DNA from: a virus
Reading direction: 5' to 3' (one strand)
Length of the DNA: 64,000 nt
IMG/VR virus record: IMGVR_UViG_3300025137_005412
Location: 32,001-96,000 of that record
Shown: positions 37,852 to 47,831 of the stretch, one piece after another
How positions within the stretch are numbered: the first letter of the stretch is position 1
How the letters are laid out: the number at the start of each line of letters is the position of its first letter
The notes under the pieces: model-generated
Told to the model about the DNA's origin: nothing
Seen by the model: the letters and a program-made list of their open reading frames with translations, nothing else
Databases searched by the model: none
Made by a program: the position numbers and the translations under genes

Positions 37852-38133
37852 ATGAAAGAGTTTATGATATTGCTAAGTGAATTTGGATTGCCAGTGGCTG
37901 GTGCAGTCGTAATGGCAGTATTCATTTATATTATATTAAGATATATTCTAGATTCAGTGGTTGGTCAAGCCACAACTCTCAAATCAATTATAACTCAATT
38001 AGATAATCGTGTTAAGAACATGAATAATGACATGATAAAACTCGATATACAAATAACTCATGTGTTAGGTTTAAAGCCAGATGAAGAACGTATATCAAGA
38101 GCCAATGGTAAAGAAGATGCGAGAAGAGATTAA
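37852..38133 (+). CDS. Small single-TM coiled-coil protein
   Basis: FGLP + TM + LDNRV..M.ND.IKL; paralog of next ORF. Confidence 0.65.
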   Translation: MKEFMILLSEFGLPVAGAVVMAVFIYIILRYILDSVVGQATTLKSIITQLDNRVKNMNNDMIKLDIQITHVLGLKPDEERISRANGKEDARRD

Positions 38134-38411
38134 TGAAAATCGTAATTGAAATTTTAACTGTATACGGATTTCCAACTTTAGCTGCTATAGCAATGGGTTG
38201 GTTTATTTGGTTTGTCTATAATTTCACTACAAAAAATATCAAAAAGAAACTTGGTGAAACTAATGTAGTTCTTATTGCTTTGTTAGATAGAATCAGAATG
38301 CTTGATAATGATATTATAAGATTGCGTTCTAAACTAGACACAATCATTCAGATGAAAGAGAATGAAAAGCCGTCTAAATCACATACCGTAACTAAAGATT
38401 CTAATAAATAA
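38133..38411 (+). CDS. Small single-TM coiled-coil protein
   Basis: YGFP + TM + LLDRI.MLDNDIIRL. Confidence 0.65.
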   Translation: MKIVIEILTVYGFPTLAAIAMGWFIWFVYNFTTKNIKKKLGETNVVLIALLDRIRMLDNDIIRLRSKLDTIIQMKENEKPSKSHTVTKDSNK

Positions 38412-38414
38412 TAT

Positions 38415-38930
38415 ATGATAAAAGCACAACTAAAGATAGGTGTGCTGCGTACTTGGGTTGTTATGTTTCTTGCGGTGATAGTGGCAGCCCTACTCCCGAC
38501 AAATCTCTCAGCTAGTGAACTGAACTTTGAGTTTGGCAACCCCGCATTCTCAAAGCAAGGCTACTCTTCACATGTATTATCTATCGAGCAATTACAATAT
38601 TCACGAGATAAAGATAACGAGAAAGATAAAAAATCAGAAGCAGCATCGGCAGAAAGAGATCTAAATAATACAACTATTGCTAAGTTTATTAAGAACGTAG
38701 AATCAAGAATTTATGCCAACCTTTCTAAACAATTGGTTGATAATATGTTTGGTACTAACTGTGTAAATACAGATGCCATTACATGTGCAACTTCAGGTAC
38801 CGCAGAAGTAGAAGGTGCCACAATATATTGGGTGAGAGACGATACTACTGATACAATAACTTTAACCGTAACTGATGATACAAATAATACTACAACAATC
38901 ACTGTTCCTATCGGAGACTTTCTTTTCTAA
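38415..38930 (+). CDS. csgF: Curli assembly protein CsgF-like
   Basis: Signal peptide then SELNFEFGNPAF..GYSSHVL; F...VESRIYA.LS.QL...FG; late promoter AATAAATA at 38403. Confidence 0.8.
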   Translation: MIKAQLKIGVLRTWVVMFLAVIVAALLPTNLSASELNFEFGNPAFSKQGYSSHVLSIEQLQYSRDKDNEKDKKSEAASAERDLNNTTIAKFIKNVESRIYANLSKQLVDNMFGTNCVNTDAITCATSGTAEVEGATIYWVRDDTTDTITLTVTDDTNNTTTITVPIGDFLF

Positions 38931-38939
38931 TAGAAATGT

Positions 38940-39770
38940 ATGCAGATGAAAACAATTGCACTTTTAACATTAATGTCATTGATGATAACTGGGTGTGTAA
39001 GCACTCCAGATAAGATAGATTATTATATTGATAAACCTGTTTTTGCACACAGTACTCCGACATCTGAATTACTAGAAACTTTACCAGCTCTTGATGGTGA
39101 TATTATTACTATTGCAGTATATAGTTTTTTAGATAAAACTGGTCAAAGAAAACCAAGTACAAAGTTTTCTCAATTATCAACAGCCATATCTCAAGGTGCA
39201 GATGTATGGGTTATACAAGCTTTAAAAGAAGCAGGTGATGGAACCTGGTTTAAAGTTGTTGAAAGAATGGGATTAGATAATGTAATAAAAGAAAGACAGC
39301 TTATACGTTCTACAAGAGAAGCGTATGATGGAGATCAAGCTGTAGGAAATTCTTTAAAGCCTCTAATATTTGCCGGTCTCTTATTAGAAGGTGGAGTCGT
39401 AGCCTACGATACTAATATCGATACAGGTGGAAGCGGCGCAAGATACTTTGGCATTGGTATATCTGAAGAATATCGGGTAGATCAAGTCACTGTTGCTATG
39501 AGAATCGTTGCTGTACAGACAGGCGAAGTTTTAATTACCGTATCAGGTACTAAAACAATTGCTAGTCATAAATCAGGAACGGATGTATTTAGATTTCTCG
39601 ATATGGGAACTAAAGCATTAGAAATAGAGAGCGGAGTTGCTATGAACGAGCCAGTAAATTATGCCATTCGATCAGCTATCGAATATTGCGTTATAGAAGT
39701 AATTAAACAAGGAAAAGACCAAGGTCTTTGGAAATATAAGGAGATAAAATATGAAAAAGATGTTCATTAG
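38940..39770 (+). CDS. csgG: Curli secretion channel CsgG (lipoprotein)
   Basis: Lipobox ITGC, AVYSF.DKTGQRKP, STA.SQG, WF.VVER.GL.N..KERQ.IR, GG.GARY.GIG, NEPV. Confidence 0.92.
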   Translation: MQMKTIALLTLMSLMITGCVSTPDKIDYYIDKPVFAHSTPTSELLETLPALDGDIITIAVYSFLDKTGQRKPSTKFSQLSTAISQGADVWVIQALKEAGDGTWFKVVERMGLDNVIKERQLIRSTREAYDGDQAVGNSLKPLIFAGLLLEGGVVAYDTNIDTGGSGARYFGIGISEEYRVDQVTVAMRIVAVQTGEVLITVSGTKTIASHKSGTDVFRFLDMGTKALEIESGVAMNEPVNYAIRSAIEYCVIEVIKQGKDQGLWKYKEIKYEKDVH

Positions 39771-40443
39771 CTTTTTAGTCATTTCGTTTCTTAGTTTAAC
39801 AGGTACATTATTAGCGAATGATATTTATGTCACACAAAGTGGTAATACACTTGACTTAGATATTACGCAAGATGGCCAAAACAATACTGTTGGTAATTCT
39901 ACCACATCATCATCGGTTGTAGGTGCTACATCTACTATTGATATTGATCAAGTAGGAAATAGTAATGTGTTAACTTTTGATGTTAACGGTGCTAGTTATA
40001 CCGGTACTTTTAGTACTACGGGTAATTCCAACAATATTGATTTTAATTGTGATAGTACTGCAGGAAATAGTTCATGTGCTACAGTCACAAGTAATATAAC
40101 ATGGGTTGGTAGTTCCAATGATTTAGATATAGACATTGGAGAAACCTCTGCGGCTGGTGGCGGTACAGTAGCTATAACAGGAGCAAGTGGTTCCGATTCA
40201 AACGTTATTGCTGCAACTGTCGATGGCACAAGCGCTATCTTAACCTTGACTGTTAACGGAGATACGAATAACTGGTTGATAGATATTGATGGTAATGGAG
40301 ACATTAACGGCCATACGTTAATTCACACCCATACCGGTGGTATTGCTGATGTAGATATAGTTCAGAGTGGTGTTAATGATGCCATTATAAACTTAACTAC
40401 TGTAGGTGATAATCACGATATTGATATAAGTCAAACAGACTAA
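39751..40443 (+). CDS. Secreted curlin-like beta-repeat protein
   Basis: Signal peptide; repeats of type I.Q.G..N; N/G/T/D-rich. Confidence 0.7.
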   Translation: MKKMFISFLVISFLSLTGTLLANDIYVTQSGNTLDLDITQDGQNNTVGNSTTSSSVVGATSTIDIDQVGNSNVLTFDVNGASYTGTFSTTGNSNNIDFNCDSTAGNSSCATVTSNITWVGSSNDLDIDIGETSAAGGGTVAITGASGSDSNVIAATVDGTSAILTLTVNGDTNNWLIDIDGNGDINGHTLIHTHTGGIADVDIVQSGVNDAIINLTTVGDNHDIDISQTD

Positions 40444-41570
40444 TGCGTGTTATAATAAAGAGTATTGCTCTCATTGTGGCGGTGAGTATAGTGTTTTTGT
40501 ATGGCAATAAAGTTTATGCTAATACCATAGGAGATGTCATATTACAAGAGGGCAATACTGTTATAGAACAAAGTGGAGAAGATAATATATCTGTCGAAGG
40601 ACTAGGTATATTTTCTTATGATGTCGTTAAGACGGGAAATGGTAAAACTGCTATCTCGTTTATTGACGACACTCGCGTTGATGTCACTGAACATTCAAAA
40701 CTCATAATTGACGAGTTTGTATTTGATCCTGTAAACAATAAAGGATCACTCTCATTGAAAGCAACTTTAGGAACTGTACGTTATGCTTCTGGCCAGATAG
40801 CAAAGAACTATGCACAGAACGTAAGTATAACTACTCCAACTGCAACAATCGGAGTAAGAGGAACTGATTTTAGTATGACCGTCGATGAAATTGGCGGATC
40901 AACAATTATACTATTACCATCATGCAATACAAGTGGATATTGTTATGTAGGAGAAATTGAAGTTGAAACAGATGCTGGATTTGTAATAATGAATCAAGCA
41001 TTCCAAGCAACTGTAGTCACAACAGGTGAAACAAAACCTATGAAGCCTGTCATCTTAGATCTAGATGAAACAATGATAGGTAATCTTTTAATAATTCAGA
41101 AACCACCAGAAATTAAAGAACAGCAAGAAAAAGCTGAGTATAATGAAGTAGCAAATGCTCTTGATATAGACTTCTTAGAATTTAATGATTTAGAAGTTGA
41201 TGAGCTTGAACTTGAAAATGATACATGGGCTACTGGTCTAGATATAGATTTTTTAGAACAAAACTTCTTAGTAGATGTATTAGATCAAATTAATAAAGAA
41301 CTTGCAAAAGCAATGAGATCAGCATTTGCAAAATCAGAACAAGATACTATTGGTAATATAAAACTTGGTAAGGATCCTGAAACTGGTATCTTTATATTAG
41401 ATGAAGATCCTCAATGGGTGTATGGTAGAGAAGGACCATCCAATTATTTTGAATTAAGATTAGATAGAGAGTTTGGATATATTATTAGTTTTACTCAAGG
41501 CGATTTTGAAATATATGACTTTGAATTAGGAGGACAGGATAATGAGATCCGCATTTTTCAAAGCAATTAG
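40443..41570 (+). CDS. Secreted FecR-domain protein
   Basis: Signal peptide; D.V.TG.G...I.F.D.T.V...EHS.L.ID; TPTATIGVRGTDF; G.IEV. Confidence 0.85.
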   Translation: MRVIIKSIALIVAVSIVFLYGNKVYANTIGDVILQEGNTVIEQSGEDNISVEGLGIFSYDVVKTGNGKTAISFIDDTRVDVTEHSKLIIDEFVFDPVNNKGSLSLKATLGTVRYASGQIAKNYAQNVSITTPTATIGVRGTDFSMTVDEIGGSTIILLPSCNTSGYCYVGEIEVETDAGFVIMNQAFQATVVTTGETKPMKPVILDLDETMIGNLLIIQKPPEIKEQQEKAEYNEVANALDIDFLEFNDLEVDELELENDTWATGLDIDFLEQNFLVDVLDQINKELAKAMRSAFAKSEQDTIGNIKLGKDPETGIFILDEDPQWVYGREGPSNYFELRLDREFGYIISFTQGDFEIYDFELGGQDNEIRIFQSN

Positions 41571-42861
41571 TATTCTATTTTTTGTTCTATTAATGAATGA
41601 TACTGTCGAAGCTGGTTCATTGAACTATGAGGTGTTTGCAATTACATCATACGCTCCATATTTAGAAGCACCTTGTTTTGATGGTGGTAATTATCTTTCT
41701 ACATGTAATAATACTAATCCAGCGTATAGAGGTGCTTCACAGGGAAGTGGTACTCTTGACAGTTTAAATTACAACTGGAATAGTGGCAATATTAATATTG
41801 GTGGCAATAATTATAGTGGATCATATAGAATGATAGTTATCACAGGATATTGGCAACATCCAGGAACTGCAGGTCAAACATCAACTGTATATTTTGCTGG
41901 TCGTAATGATGATGGTCTTATAGTAAATATTAATAATACTAAAGTAATATCTGACTGGGCACAACAAGGTCCAACATATTGGAACTCTAATGGTTCATTT
42001 TCTGGTGTGGGTGGTCAATGGTATCCGATAAATATAAACTGGTATGAATGGAGTGGTTCTGCCAATATGGATATTCATTATAGAATTGATGGTAATAATG
42101 CTACTAATACAACATCTGGTTGGTTAGATATGAACAACAATCATTTTGCCTTGACATTAACTGTGCAAGCAGGTATAACTTCATCTCAACAAACTTCAGT
42201 GACTAATACAAAGAATACATCAAGCACTACAAATAACATATACATAACACAAAGTGGTAGCAATGTAGATCTTAGTATACTACAAGATGGTGATAATAAT
42301 GTGGTGATAGGAACTGACTTAACATCTGCAGGTGTAATCAGTGGAGATAATAATGATGTAGATATAGCACAATATAGTAATAACAATATATTAGGAATTG
42401 ATATAAGCGGTAATTCAAATGATGTTGATATTTGGCAAGACCTAAATCAACGAGCAATAATAGATATTAATGGAGCATCAAACACTTTAGCTTTAAAACA
42501 AGAAGATCTCAATGGTTCAGGTGCTCACTATACTAACATAGATCTTGATGGTAATAACAATATACTAAGCTTATGGCAAAAAGAAACTGGTGATAAGATC
42601 TTATTTATGGATATTGGCAATAGTAATAACGTGACTACATTACAACATGGAACTGGTGATCATTTTCTTGATATAAATCTTGGTGATAGTCATACTGTAA
42701 ATGTAGAACAGGATGGTTCTGGAACTCATAATGCTTATATTAATTTGACAGGAAATTCTTCCTCACTTACATTAACACAAGATAGTTCAAGCAATATGAA
42801 TTATCATTTAAATCAGAATTGTACTAATCCAAGTTGCTCAGCAACGGTGACACAGAACTAA
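41542..42861 (+). CDS. Secreted protein: PA14-like domain plus curlin-like repeats
   Basis: NYNW.SG...ITGY...NDDG..V.IN...VI.DW..QG...G.WYPI.I.WYEW.G.A (PA14-like); C-terminal Q.G..N repeats. Confidence 0.7.
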   Translation: MRSAFFKAISILFFVLLMNDTVEAGSLNYEVFAITSYAPYLEAPCFDGGNYLSTCNNTNPAYRGASQGSGTLDSLNYNWNSGNINIGGNNYSGSYRMIVITGYWQHPGTAGQTSTVYFAGRNDDGLIVNINNTKVISDWAQQGPTYWNSNGSFSGVGGQWYPININWYEWSGSANMDIHYRIDGNNATNTTSGWLDMNNNHFALTLTVQAGITSSQQTSVTNTKNTSSTTNNIYITQSGSNVDLSILQDGDNNVVIGTDLTSAGVISGDNNDVDIAQYSNNNILGIDISGNSNDVDIWQDLNQRAIIDINGASNTLALKQEDLNGSGAHYTNIDLDGNNNILSLWQKETGDKILFMDIGNSNNVTTLQHGTGDHFLDINLGDSHTVNVEQDGSGTHNAYINLTGNSSSLTLTQDSSSNMNYHLNQNCTNPSCSATVTQN

Positions 42862-44726
42862 TGAAGAAAATATTTACACATTGGACATTTGCATTTGTCA
42901 CGCTCTTTATCCTTACATATATAGGATTACAAGATCCTACAGTAAAAGAAATATTACGTCTAAAATCATTTGACTTTCTTATTCAATCACAAGAAAAATC
43001 AATGTCAAAAGATATTATTATTGTAGAAATTGACGAGGCTACAATAGAAAAATACGGTCAATACCCATTTAACAGAAGTGTATATGCAGATCTAATATTA
43101 AAGTTAAGAGAGAATGAAGCTGGCGTAATTCTATTTCCAATATTATTTTCTGAAGAAGATAGACAAGGTGGTGATGAATACTTTGGAGATGTATTACAAT
43201 ATGGCACTGTTATTGCACAAGTAGGTACAACACAAATAAACAAGAATGCGGTACCAAGAGGTGTTGCAAAGATTGGAGATCCAATACCATTTTTATTTGA
43301 ATGGCCTGGAATGTTAGGACCGATTCCTGAATTAAAATCAAATGGTGTAGGTGTAATTAATACTGTACCTGAAATTGATGGTGTTGTAAGAAGAATACCA
43401 TTGCTTATGAGAATTGGTGAAGAAGTTTATCCGTCAATGGCAATTGAAATGATAAGAGTTGCAGTAGGTGATCCATCATACCAAGTGAAAGCTGATGCTA
43501 ATGGTATCACTGCTATGCGGGTACCCGGGTACGCGACCATACCCACGGACATGCATGCACGGGTCTGGTTGAATTATAATAAGACCTTTGATTCTATCTC
43601 ATTAGTAGACGACGACTTGCATTATGAACTAGTAAAAGGCAAAACAGTCATAGTTTCTTTAACCGCTGAAGGTCTTAATAACATTATAGCTACACCATTA
43701 GGTGAACAATATTCACATACAATAATAGCAAACAACATTCAAACAATTATTGATGGTGATAATATTATTAGAAATGATTTACAATTACTAGAACTTTTAA
43801 TTGCATTCATGGCTTCTGCTTGTTTTATAGCATTAACAAGAATAGCACCTTATTGGATTATTGGTGTAGGTCTTATTGGTGCATATATAGTGAGTGTATA
43901 TGGTACATACTTTATGTTTCATCAAACAAAAGAGATGTATGATGTAAGTTGGTTTCTTATCATGATTACATTTGTAAGTTTACATGCAATCTTTAATAGA
44001 TTCATACTAGAGTTTAATTTAAAACAACAAATAAGAAAACAATTTGAAAAGTATCTTGATCCAAGACAAGTTGCTATATTACAAAAGAATCCAGATAAGA
44101 TTAAACTAGGTGGTGATAGAAAAGAAATGAGTTTCTTATTTATGGATATTGTAGGTTTCACACCGATATCAGAACATTACAAAAATCAAGATGATCCAGA
44201 AGGATTAGTCGAAGTCATTAATGATTATCTAAATAGAATGACTAAGATTGTTTTAAGAAATGGTGGTACTGTAGACAAATATATGGGTGATTGTATTATG
44301 GCATTTTGGAATGCACCACTTGATTGTGATAATCATGCGGATCTTGCGGTACAAACAGCAATTGAATGTGCTGAAGAAACAGAAATAATTAAAGAAGAAT
44401 TTAAAGCAAAAGGTTTACCTGAAATTAATATTGGAAGTGGTGTAAATACTGGTACTTGTATTGTAGGTAATATGGGTAGTGAAATGAGATTAGATTATTC
44501 AGTGATTGGTGATTCAGTAAATCTTGCCGCTAGATTAGAAGCTGCAACTAGAAACTATAAAGATAAAGATGGTAATGTAGCTACATTATTATATTCACAA
44601 CATACTAAGGATTTACTAACTAATGTAGAGTCTATCGAAGTGGATAAGATAAAAGTTAAAGGTAAAGAAGAATTAATTACTATCTACTCACCACTATCTA
44701 CAAGTTCTGCTTCTAAACCTGGATAG
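42861..44726 (+). CDS. CHASE2-domain class III adenylyl cyclase
   Basis: N-terminal TM, CHASE2 (IIIVEIDE...GQYPF.R, DGVVRR.PL), 3 TM, FMDIVGFT, DKYMGD, YSVIGDSVNLAARLE, VKGK; probable start 42861 (TAATG). Confidence 0.93.
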   Translation: MKKIFTHWTFAFVTLFILTYIGLQDPTVKEILRLKSFDFLIQSQEKSMSKDIIIVEIDEATIEKYGQYPFNRSVYADLILKLRENEAGVILFPILFSEEDRQGGDEYFGDVLQYGTVIAQVGTTQINKNAVPRGVAKIGDPIPFLFEWPGMLGPIPELKSNGVGVINTVPEIDGVVRRIPLLMRIGEEVYPSMAIEMIRVAVGDPSYQVKADANGITAMRVPGYATIPTDMHARVWLNYNKTFDSISLVDDDLHYELVKGKTVIVSLTAEGLNNIIATPLGEQYSHTIIANNIQTIIDGDNIIRNDLQLLELLIAFMASACFIALTRIAPYWIIGVGLIGAYIVSVYGTYFMFHQTKEMYDVSWFLIMITFVSLHAIFNRFILEFNLKQQIRKQFEKYLDPRQVAILQKNPDKIKLGGDRKEMSFLFMDIVGFTPISEHYKNQDDPEGLVEVINDYLNRMTKIVLRNGGTVDKYMGDCIMAFWNAPLDCDNHADLAVQTAIECAEETEIIKEEFKAKGLPEINIGSGVNTGTCIVGNMGSEMRLDYSVIGDSVNLAARLEAATRNYKDKDGNVATLLYSQHTKDLLTNVESIEVDKIKVKGKEELITIYSPLSTSSASKPG

Positions 44727-46261
44727 TAGTTATCCCCGTAAATTTGTTTCTTTGCATAGTTGTAGGCAAATGCAGCGGTCTTTCTTTCCATATGTTCCCA
44801 ATTAATATCTTTTTGTTTTGTATGTTGTATCTTTCTAAAGTCTTCATCAATAGCTGTTAATTGCATGAGTCTAAATCCAGCAGGCTTAACAAATTCGTTA
44901 GAAGCATAATTGAATTCAACACATGCTCTATTTGCTGTAGATGAATTGAAGTTTCCTTGTTTCCAATATAATCCATTACCTGGAATAGGAAACTTATATC
45001 CCCATTTCTGAGCATCTCTATCAAACTTACTCATTTGTATTTCACCTGGTTTTTCATGTTGATTAATATAAAGTGCTTGAAAAATCCAATATCCAGGTTG
45101 ATGTTTTACTAACCAATCCCATGTCTCTTGTAAATTTTCTTGTGTTTCTCCTGGTAATCCAATAATAAATCCTAATTCAAATGTGATTTCATCTTTCCAA
45201 TCATTCATTAATTCTTCCATGAATTCTTTACCCATTCTACCATTCCAACCTTTACCAATTGCTTTCGAAGCTTCTGGATGAAATGATTCGATACCAAAGA
45301 ATGGTGATACTAATCCTATCTCTCTTAATAAATCTTTCTGCGCTTTCCTTGCCCATATTAAATCCAATCTATGATAACCTACATACTTTAAATCAAATGG
45401 CAAGTCACTTGATATTTTTGCAAGTTGTTCCATCTTATCCATATCCTCATTAAATGTATCATCAGTAAAGATATATTTTGTTGTACCGAATGTTTCATAG
45501 TTATATAAGAACTCATCTTCAATTCTCTTGTAATCTCTTATATAAGTTCCTTTCTTTTTTCCAATTAGTGGATATGAACAGAATGAACATTCAAATTGAC
45601 AGCCTCTACCCATCTCCATAAGTAAAGCTTCATTAGAACCTATAGATAAGTTAGTACCAATGTACGCACGATTTGATTGTTTTATATCAAAATCTTTTCT
45701 TACACCAGCAAAATTACTTCTTTCATCGAGATATTTTAAGAAAGCATCTTCAGCAAAGCCATGAATCTTTCTCCAATTAAATTCCATATTACCATAGTGT
45801 GATTGTGAACCTCCCATTACCCAATCTAATTTTGGATATTTTCTTTCTAATTCTGTTCTTGCATTAATTACCCAGTAAGGTTCTTCAGTTCTATTTGGAC
45901 CAGCCATCATATTAGTAAAGTTCTGATCGAATAGTTTTCTTTTTTGTGTTGGATCGTTTGAATGACCGACTTGATCACCAACTGATGTAGTGTATGTATT
46001 TGTTTTTTGAGAACCTTTTGCTTTCTTCATCCTTACACTTGGATGCCAGAAAGATGTACTTACACCGATACCAATTGTTTCAGGACCGATATGTTTCTCA
46101 TTAATTTCTATAAAATCTTTGTGTTGTAGTAAATGACTGAAGTCAATTACTTTTACGTTGTACCCATGTTGAATACACCATGACGCAAGTTGATGTGGAC
46201 CTAATGGTCTTATTGGAGCGTAATCCTCCGCAAGACAATTCCATATAACAAAATGCGCCAT
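44684..46261 (-). CDS. B12-binding-type radical SAM protein
   Basis: RPLGP..LA, GRGCQFECSFC, DDTFN, FGIESF, FIIGLPGET. Confidence 0.85.
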   Translation of the reverse strand: MAHFVIWNCLAEDYAPIRPLGPHQLASWCIQHGYNVKVIDFSHLLQHKDFIEINEKHIGPETIGIGVSTSFWHPSVRMKKAKGSQKTNTYTTSVGDQVGHSNDPTQKRKLFDQNFTNMMAGPNRTEEPYWVINARTELERKYPKLDWVMGGSQSHYGNMEFNWRKIHGFAEDAFLKYLDERSNFAGVRKDFDIKQSNRAYIGTNLSIGSNEALLMEMGRGCQFECSFCSYPLIGKKKGTYIRDYKRIEDEFLYNYETFGTTKYIFTDDTFNEDMDKMEQLAKISSDLPFDLKYVGYHRLDLIWARKAQKDLLREIGLVSPFFGIESFHPEASKAIGKGWNGRMGKEFMEELMNDWKDEITFELGFIIGLPGETQENLQETWDWLVKHQPGYWIFQALYINQHEKPGEIQMSKFDRDAQKWGYKFPIPGNGLYWKQGNFNSSTANRACVEFNYASNEFVKPAGFRLMQLTAIDEDFRKIQHTKQKDINWEHMERKTAAFAYNYAKKQIYGDNYYPGLEAELVDSGE

Positions 46262-46278
46262 GTAGTATTTAACTACTC

Positions 46279-47187
46279 TTAAGAGTCAGCAGCTAAGGTC
46301 TTAAAGTAATCTTCAAGATCTTCATCATCATCTTTGGTAGTTGATTCTTTGCTTTCAAATACTTGTGCAAAGTCATTACCTTCAGTTGTTGATGTTTCAG
46401 CAGTTGGCACTTCGACGGTTTTTGTAGCTACTGCCGGAGCAGAAGTTTCCATAATCTCGCCAAGAGTCAAGGTGAGCTTTTCTTTAAGTTCGTCATAAGA
46501 CTTAAACTTATCTTCAGCAACAAGATCATGAACATCATGCTGTGCATCAAATATAGCTTTCATCTTTTCATCAGACTCAGATAAAGCAGATGACTTTTCA
46601 AATGTAGAAGAGTCATAGTTCCAATAGCCACCAACCATTTTGATTTTGATTCTAAAGTTTGCACCTTCGATTAAATCAAATGGATTAACTGGTTGATCAT
46701 CATCAAACTCAGGTTGCATTGCAGACATAATTTTGTCAAAGATTTTTTGACCAAATTTGTATATCTTAACTTTACCTTCGTTTGTGGTGTCATTAGGATC
46801 ATTGAGAACAAGTGCATTCGCATAGTAAGCAGTTCTTCGTTTCTGCTTTCTTGCAATATCTTTATTCTCTTCAATACCTGAATTCCATAACTTAGAGTTA
46901 TGTTCAGATACTGGATCTTGTTTACCGATGGTTGTTAGAGAATTCTCTATATACCATTTACCAGTGGGACCCTGAAAACCATGATCATACATAGTCACCC
47001 AAGGTGTTTTGTTGGAATCTTTACCAGGTAAGAATCGAACTACAGCATAACCTGTACCATCTTTTCCCATACGTGGTTTCCAGATACGATCATCATCGTA
47101 GCTTTTCTTCTCAGTATTTTTCTGTAAAGATTGTTGAAGTTGCTCAAATTGATTTGAGCGGTTTTTTAGATAATCATCAAAAGACAT
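46279..47187 (-). CDS. 32: Single-stranded DNA-binding protein gp32
   Basis: DDRIWKP..K.G.GYAV.RFLP, HGFQGPTG.WYIENSLTT, FG.KIFDKI, YWNYD.S.F, acidic tail. Confidence 0.96.
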   Translation of the reverse strand: MSFDDYLKNRSNQFEQLQQSLQKNTEKKSYDDDRIWKPRMGKDGTGYAVVRFLPGKDSNKTPWVTMYDHGFQGPTGKWYIENSLTTIGKQDPVSEHNSKLWNSGIEENKDIARKQKRRTAYYANALVLNDPNDTTNEGKVKIYKFGQKIFDKIMSAMQPEFDDDQPVNPFDLIEGANFRIKIKMVGGYWNYDSSTFEKSSALSESDEKMKAIFDAQHDVHDLVAEDKFKSYDELKEKLTLTLGEIMETSAPAVATKTVEVPTAETSTTEGNDFAQVFESKESTTKDDDEDLEDYFKTLAADS

Positions 47188-47243
47188 AATTTACCTCCGT
47201 TTCGTCGTTTCGATTGTTCGTAGCAGTTAAGTTTAACAAGATT

Positions 47244-47831
47244 CTAGCTTGATATAAAAGTATCTCTTGCAATACCTTCATAATATTTATACTCCAGTTT
47301 ATTAATTATAAATGGTTTATACTTCTTGACTTTCTTGATATAATCAGGCCAGACAAAAGGTAATTTAACCATCGCTTCGTGCTTCTCCAAAAACGGATAT
47401 ATATTATCTAATAATACCACGGATTCAAGATTTATTTCGCTTTTCATCACTTTATCATGAATTAATGGTATTGAATCTTTTGTAGCTTCTAACATTTTAG
47501 ATGGACCAACTTCTTTTATATGTATCATATCATCTTTAAATAGTTGTGGCATTCTTCTTATCTTACTTTTCCATTCTTCGAAAGTGGACTTATTCATATT
47601 CTTTATCCAGCATTTTGGATTATCAATAAAGTGTGAGACTAGAAAGTCTTCTATATCTGATGGCTCTATTACTTTAGTTAGCTTTTCAAATGAGAACATA
47701 TCATTTCTTTTTTGATATGCATCTGTTGAAGCTTTTACTTTACCACCAAACTTGTGATAATCATAGTTGCTTGTAAAGTGTCTTTGTAATGCAAGGTATT
47801 TTAAGTAAGCGAGATATCCTGTCTTTGTCAT
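47244..47831 (-). CDS. 59: Helicase loader gp59
   Basis: Y..YLAL..HF...YDY.K..G...KR.D..FEKL; KY.PF; next to gene 32. Confidence 0.88.
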   Translation of the reverse strand: MTKTGYLAYLKYLALQRHFTSNYDYHKFGGKVKASTDAYQKRNDMFSFEKLTKVIEPSDIEDFLVSHFIDNPKCWIKNMNKSTFEEWKSKIRRMPQLFKDDMIHIKEVGPSKMLEATKDSIPLIHDKVMKSEINLESVVLLDNIYPFLEKHEAMVKLPFVWPDYIKKVKKYKPFIINKLEYKYYEGIARDTFISS

